Shown one piece after another: positions 25,533 to 27,569 of a stretch of 27,569 nucleotides of DNA. Position numbers and translations under genes: made by a program. The notes beneath the pieces are model-generated. The model had not been told where the DNA came from, ran no database searches, and saw nothing but the letters and a program-made list of their open reading frames with translations. Positions within the stretch are counted from its first letter, which is position 1, and every line of letters starts with the position of its first letter. This DNA comes from a candidate division WOR-3 bacterium (lineage in GTDB: Bacteria; Hydrothermota; Tepidihabitantia; SM23-42; JAOAFX01). Location of the stretch: positions 1 through 27,569 of the forward strand of contig JBDRWI010000031.1 of assembly GCA_039802265.1 (NCBI GenBank), given 5' to 3'.

Positions 25533-26990
25533 ATGGCTGAACCGAAACTGGGTTTAACCAGGATAAATTATAAGCCATCGGTTCCTGAACCACCACCTTC
25601 TAAAGAGTTTATGCTCTACATCGGTCCTGTGATGATGACCGTGGCATTGGGGCTGGGAACAAGTGAGGTGATTCTATATCCCCATCTGACTGCAAGATTC
25701 GGCGTGGGCTGGCTCGGATTGATGGTCTTGGCCCTCTTCCTGCAGACCATCTGGGCACAGGAACTCGCCCGCTGGACTGTGGTATCCGGTGAACACGCCG
25801 CACTGGGGAATGCCCGGATACTCTCATATCCTGGAGCAGTGATCTCAATCAGCCTCTTTATGTTCCTTGCCTTTATGTTACCGGCCTGGGCAACCGCTGC
25901 CGCATCCGCGCTGCGGGAATTGTTAAACTGGCCGGTAGATGTTAAATCGGGAACGGTCTTCTGGGCCTATATTACATTCATATTTGTATTTGCGGTAGTA
26001 TTCTTCTCAAAGGTTGCCCGCAGGTATATTGAATACCTCGCCACCTGGTCAACGGCTATTGCCTGGATAATCCTGATAATCGCCGCAATACTGGCGATAG
26101 ACTTAAATTCTTTAAACAGAATGTTTTCAAGTATTATCATCTGGAAGATTCCCCGGGACATGGATTGGTGGGTGCTCGGTTCAACAATCGCCTGGGTGGG
26201 TGCGGGTCCAACCCTCATCTGGTATACCTACTGGATGCGTGATGCAGGTTGGGGAATGGCAAAATATGTGGAGGCGATTCCCGGCTGGTTTGGAAAGGCA
26301 TCAAATCCCGCAGGGGTGGGTTTTATACCGCAGCAGAATGGTTCAAATATCCAGCGCCTCAAGACCTGGATAAGGCGTTCCCATTATGTATTATGGATTG
26401 GTTATTTCCTGGGCAGTCTCTTTACAATATTCATATTTGTTGGACTTTCCGATTCCATCCTCAGACCCGCGGGGTTGATTCCCAAAGGATTTGATGTAGT
26501 AAAACATCAGGCGCAATTCTTTGCCCTCCCCCTTGGCAAATTTGGGACTGTGCTCTTTCTACTAATGGCATGGTTATTATTCTTTAATACCCAGTTGACA
26601 ACCGCGGAGGCGCTGGTAAGGCAGAATGCAGACATTACCTGGAATTTCTCAGAGCGATTAAGGCGTTATTTTAAGAATGATATAAAGGGTGTCTATTTCC
26701 TCTGGTGGTACATATATCTTGCAATCTCTTTTATTATGATCGGTCTGCAATACCTTGTTGAAGGGGCAAATCCCTTTGTCTATGTAACAATTGCTGCCAT
26801 GCTCTCATTTTTGAGTCTTATCTTCTCTATGTTTGCAACATTTATTGGAACACTTTTTCTATACCAACAGGAGGTAATTATTAAGGTGAAACCGCATATT
26901 ATCTGGACAATACTTATGGGAATCGGTCTGGCATTACATATATTTGTCATCTTCCGCGCGGTTGGTTATTTTTTTGGATTTTATAAATGA
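25533..26990 (+). CDS. Nramp-like/APC-superfamily membrane transporter
   Basis: About 11 TM helices; GP......GLGTSE...P and E..R.T...GE motifs; canonical Nramp DPGN absent. Confidence 0.7.
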   Translation: MAEPKLGLTRINYKPSVPEPPPSKEFMLYIGPVMMTVALGLGTSEVILYPHLTARFGVGWLGLMVLALFLQTIWAQELARWTVVSGEHAALGNARILSYPGAVISISLFMFLAFMLPAWATAAASALRELLNWPVDVKSGTVFWAYITFIFVFAVVFFSKVARRYIEYLATWSTAIAWIILIIAAILAIDLNSLNRMFSSIIIWKIPRDMDWWVLGSTIAWVGAGPTLIWYTYWMRDAGWGMAKYVEAIPGWFGKASNPAGVGFIPQQNGSNIQRLKTWIRRSHYVLWIGYFLGSLFTIFIFVGLSDSILRPAGLIPKGFDVVKHQAQFFALPLGKFGTVLFLLMAWLLFFNTQLTTAEALVRQNADITWNFSERLRRYFKNDIKGVYFLWWYIYLAISFIMIGLQYLVEGANPFVYVTIAAMLSFLSLIFSMFATFIGTLFLYQQEVIIKVKPHIIWTILMGIGLALHIFVIFRAVGYFFGFYK

Positions 26991-27216
26991 ATATTGCTGG
27001 ACTATTTTCAAACTTAAGCCCATTATCATATCTTTACTCGGATTTATCCAAGAGAGAGCGAGGTTATATTCATTCTCGTACCACCGCTTGCCTTTAAATT
27101 TTCCTGTGGGTGTTCAGAAATGGGTGATTTTAATGGTAATCTTTTGTGATGAATTTCTTATGGATTGGCTTGCTACAATTGAGACAACGATAACAAAAAG
27201 AGGTTTATTTTAATCT

Positions 27217-27254
27217 TCCTCCCCCTTTGATGGGGAGGATAAAGGTGGGGGTGA
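27217..27254. repeat. REP-like GC-rich palindrome upstream of the DUF559 remnant
   Basis: TCCTCCCC-ctttgat-GGGGAGGA followed by AAAGGTGGGGGTGA; a degenerate inverted copy lies at ~27468-27493. Confidence 0.65.
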
Positions 27255-27463
27255 AAAATAAGGCTGCGTCCAAGGATAAAATAATAATAAAGCGATTAAG
27301 AAGGAAGATGACTGAAGCTGAGAAAAAGATCTGGGATAGGGTGCGAGATAAACAATTAGGAATAGAATCTGGGAGACAGCAGCCGATAGGAGATTGGGTG
27401 GTTGATTCTGTCGGTTTTGAAAAGAAATTAGTTATTGAGATCGATGGGAGGCGAACATTTTGA
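27251..27463 (+). pseudogene. Truncated, degenerate DUF559 (Vsr-like) endonuclease
   Basis: LRRKMTEAEKKIW..VR.KQLG...RQQPIG..VVD...EKKLVIEIDG matches the DUF559 pattern, but it stops right after DG without the conserved His or the C-terminal part. Confidence 0.75.
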
Positions 27464-27569
27464 ATCATCACCTTCCCCTCAAGGGTGGGGGATAAAACGA
27501 TGGAGGTAATTAAAAGAATGAGCGCTTCGCAAATGACGGAAAATGCGGTGTTTCGGAATTTCCGAACAC

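Noticed and set aside
27500..27569. Possible gene start (ATG 27500 or 27518) and terminal palindrome GTGTT(T)CGGAA-T-TTCCGAACAC
   Set aside because: Cut off by the window edge; too little sequence to call.

Overview
This is a low-GC bacterial chromosomal window made mostly of housekeeping and envelope genes. The gene set is diderm-type, and a poorly studied phylum such as WOR-3 is plausible but cannot be shown from the sequence. The minus strand carries an operon-like run (two M42 aminopeptidases, M23 peptidase, two Gmd/Rmd-type SDRs, GT4, a large TPR protein, an LptE-like lipoprotein), tRNA-His, a DMT/GlmU-like/ROK unit, a cNMP-binding protein, tRNA-Glu, an OmpA-domain protein, and a nucleotide-sugar dehydrogenase/DUF362/polyferredoxin unit. 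The plus strand carries a degenerate DUF86/HEPN-pilD-miaA unit, a GGDEF-STAND ATPase-TPR protein, an IS481-family element, an Nramp-like transporter and a DUF559 remnant. The most unusual signals are non-coding. (1) A 60-bp double-palindrome module occurs twice about 9.2 kb apart with a compensatory base-pair swap, each time next to a shared ACAAGATA..GGGG motif; in one copy that motif is one arm of a 112-bp inverted-repeat element whose other arm is complementary to the RBS beside the other copy. (2) A CDS has its stop codon inside tRNA-Glu. (3) Seven host sigma70-like promoters all have a 16-bp spacer, and six look leaderless. (4) The IS481 element has an extra upstream ORF, a possible antisense promoter and a transposase with no stop codon inside the element.
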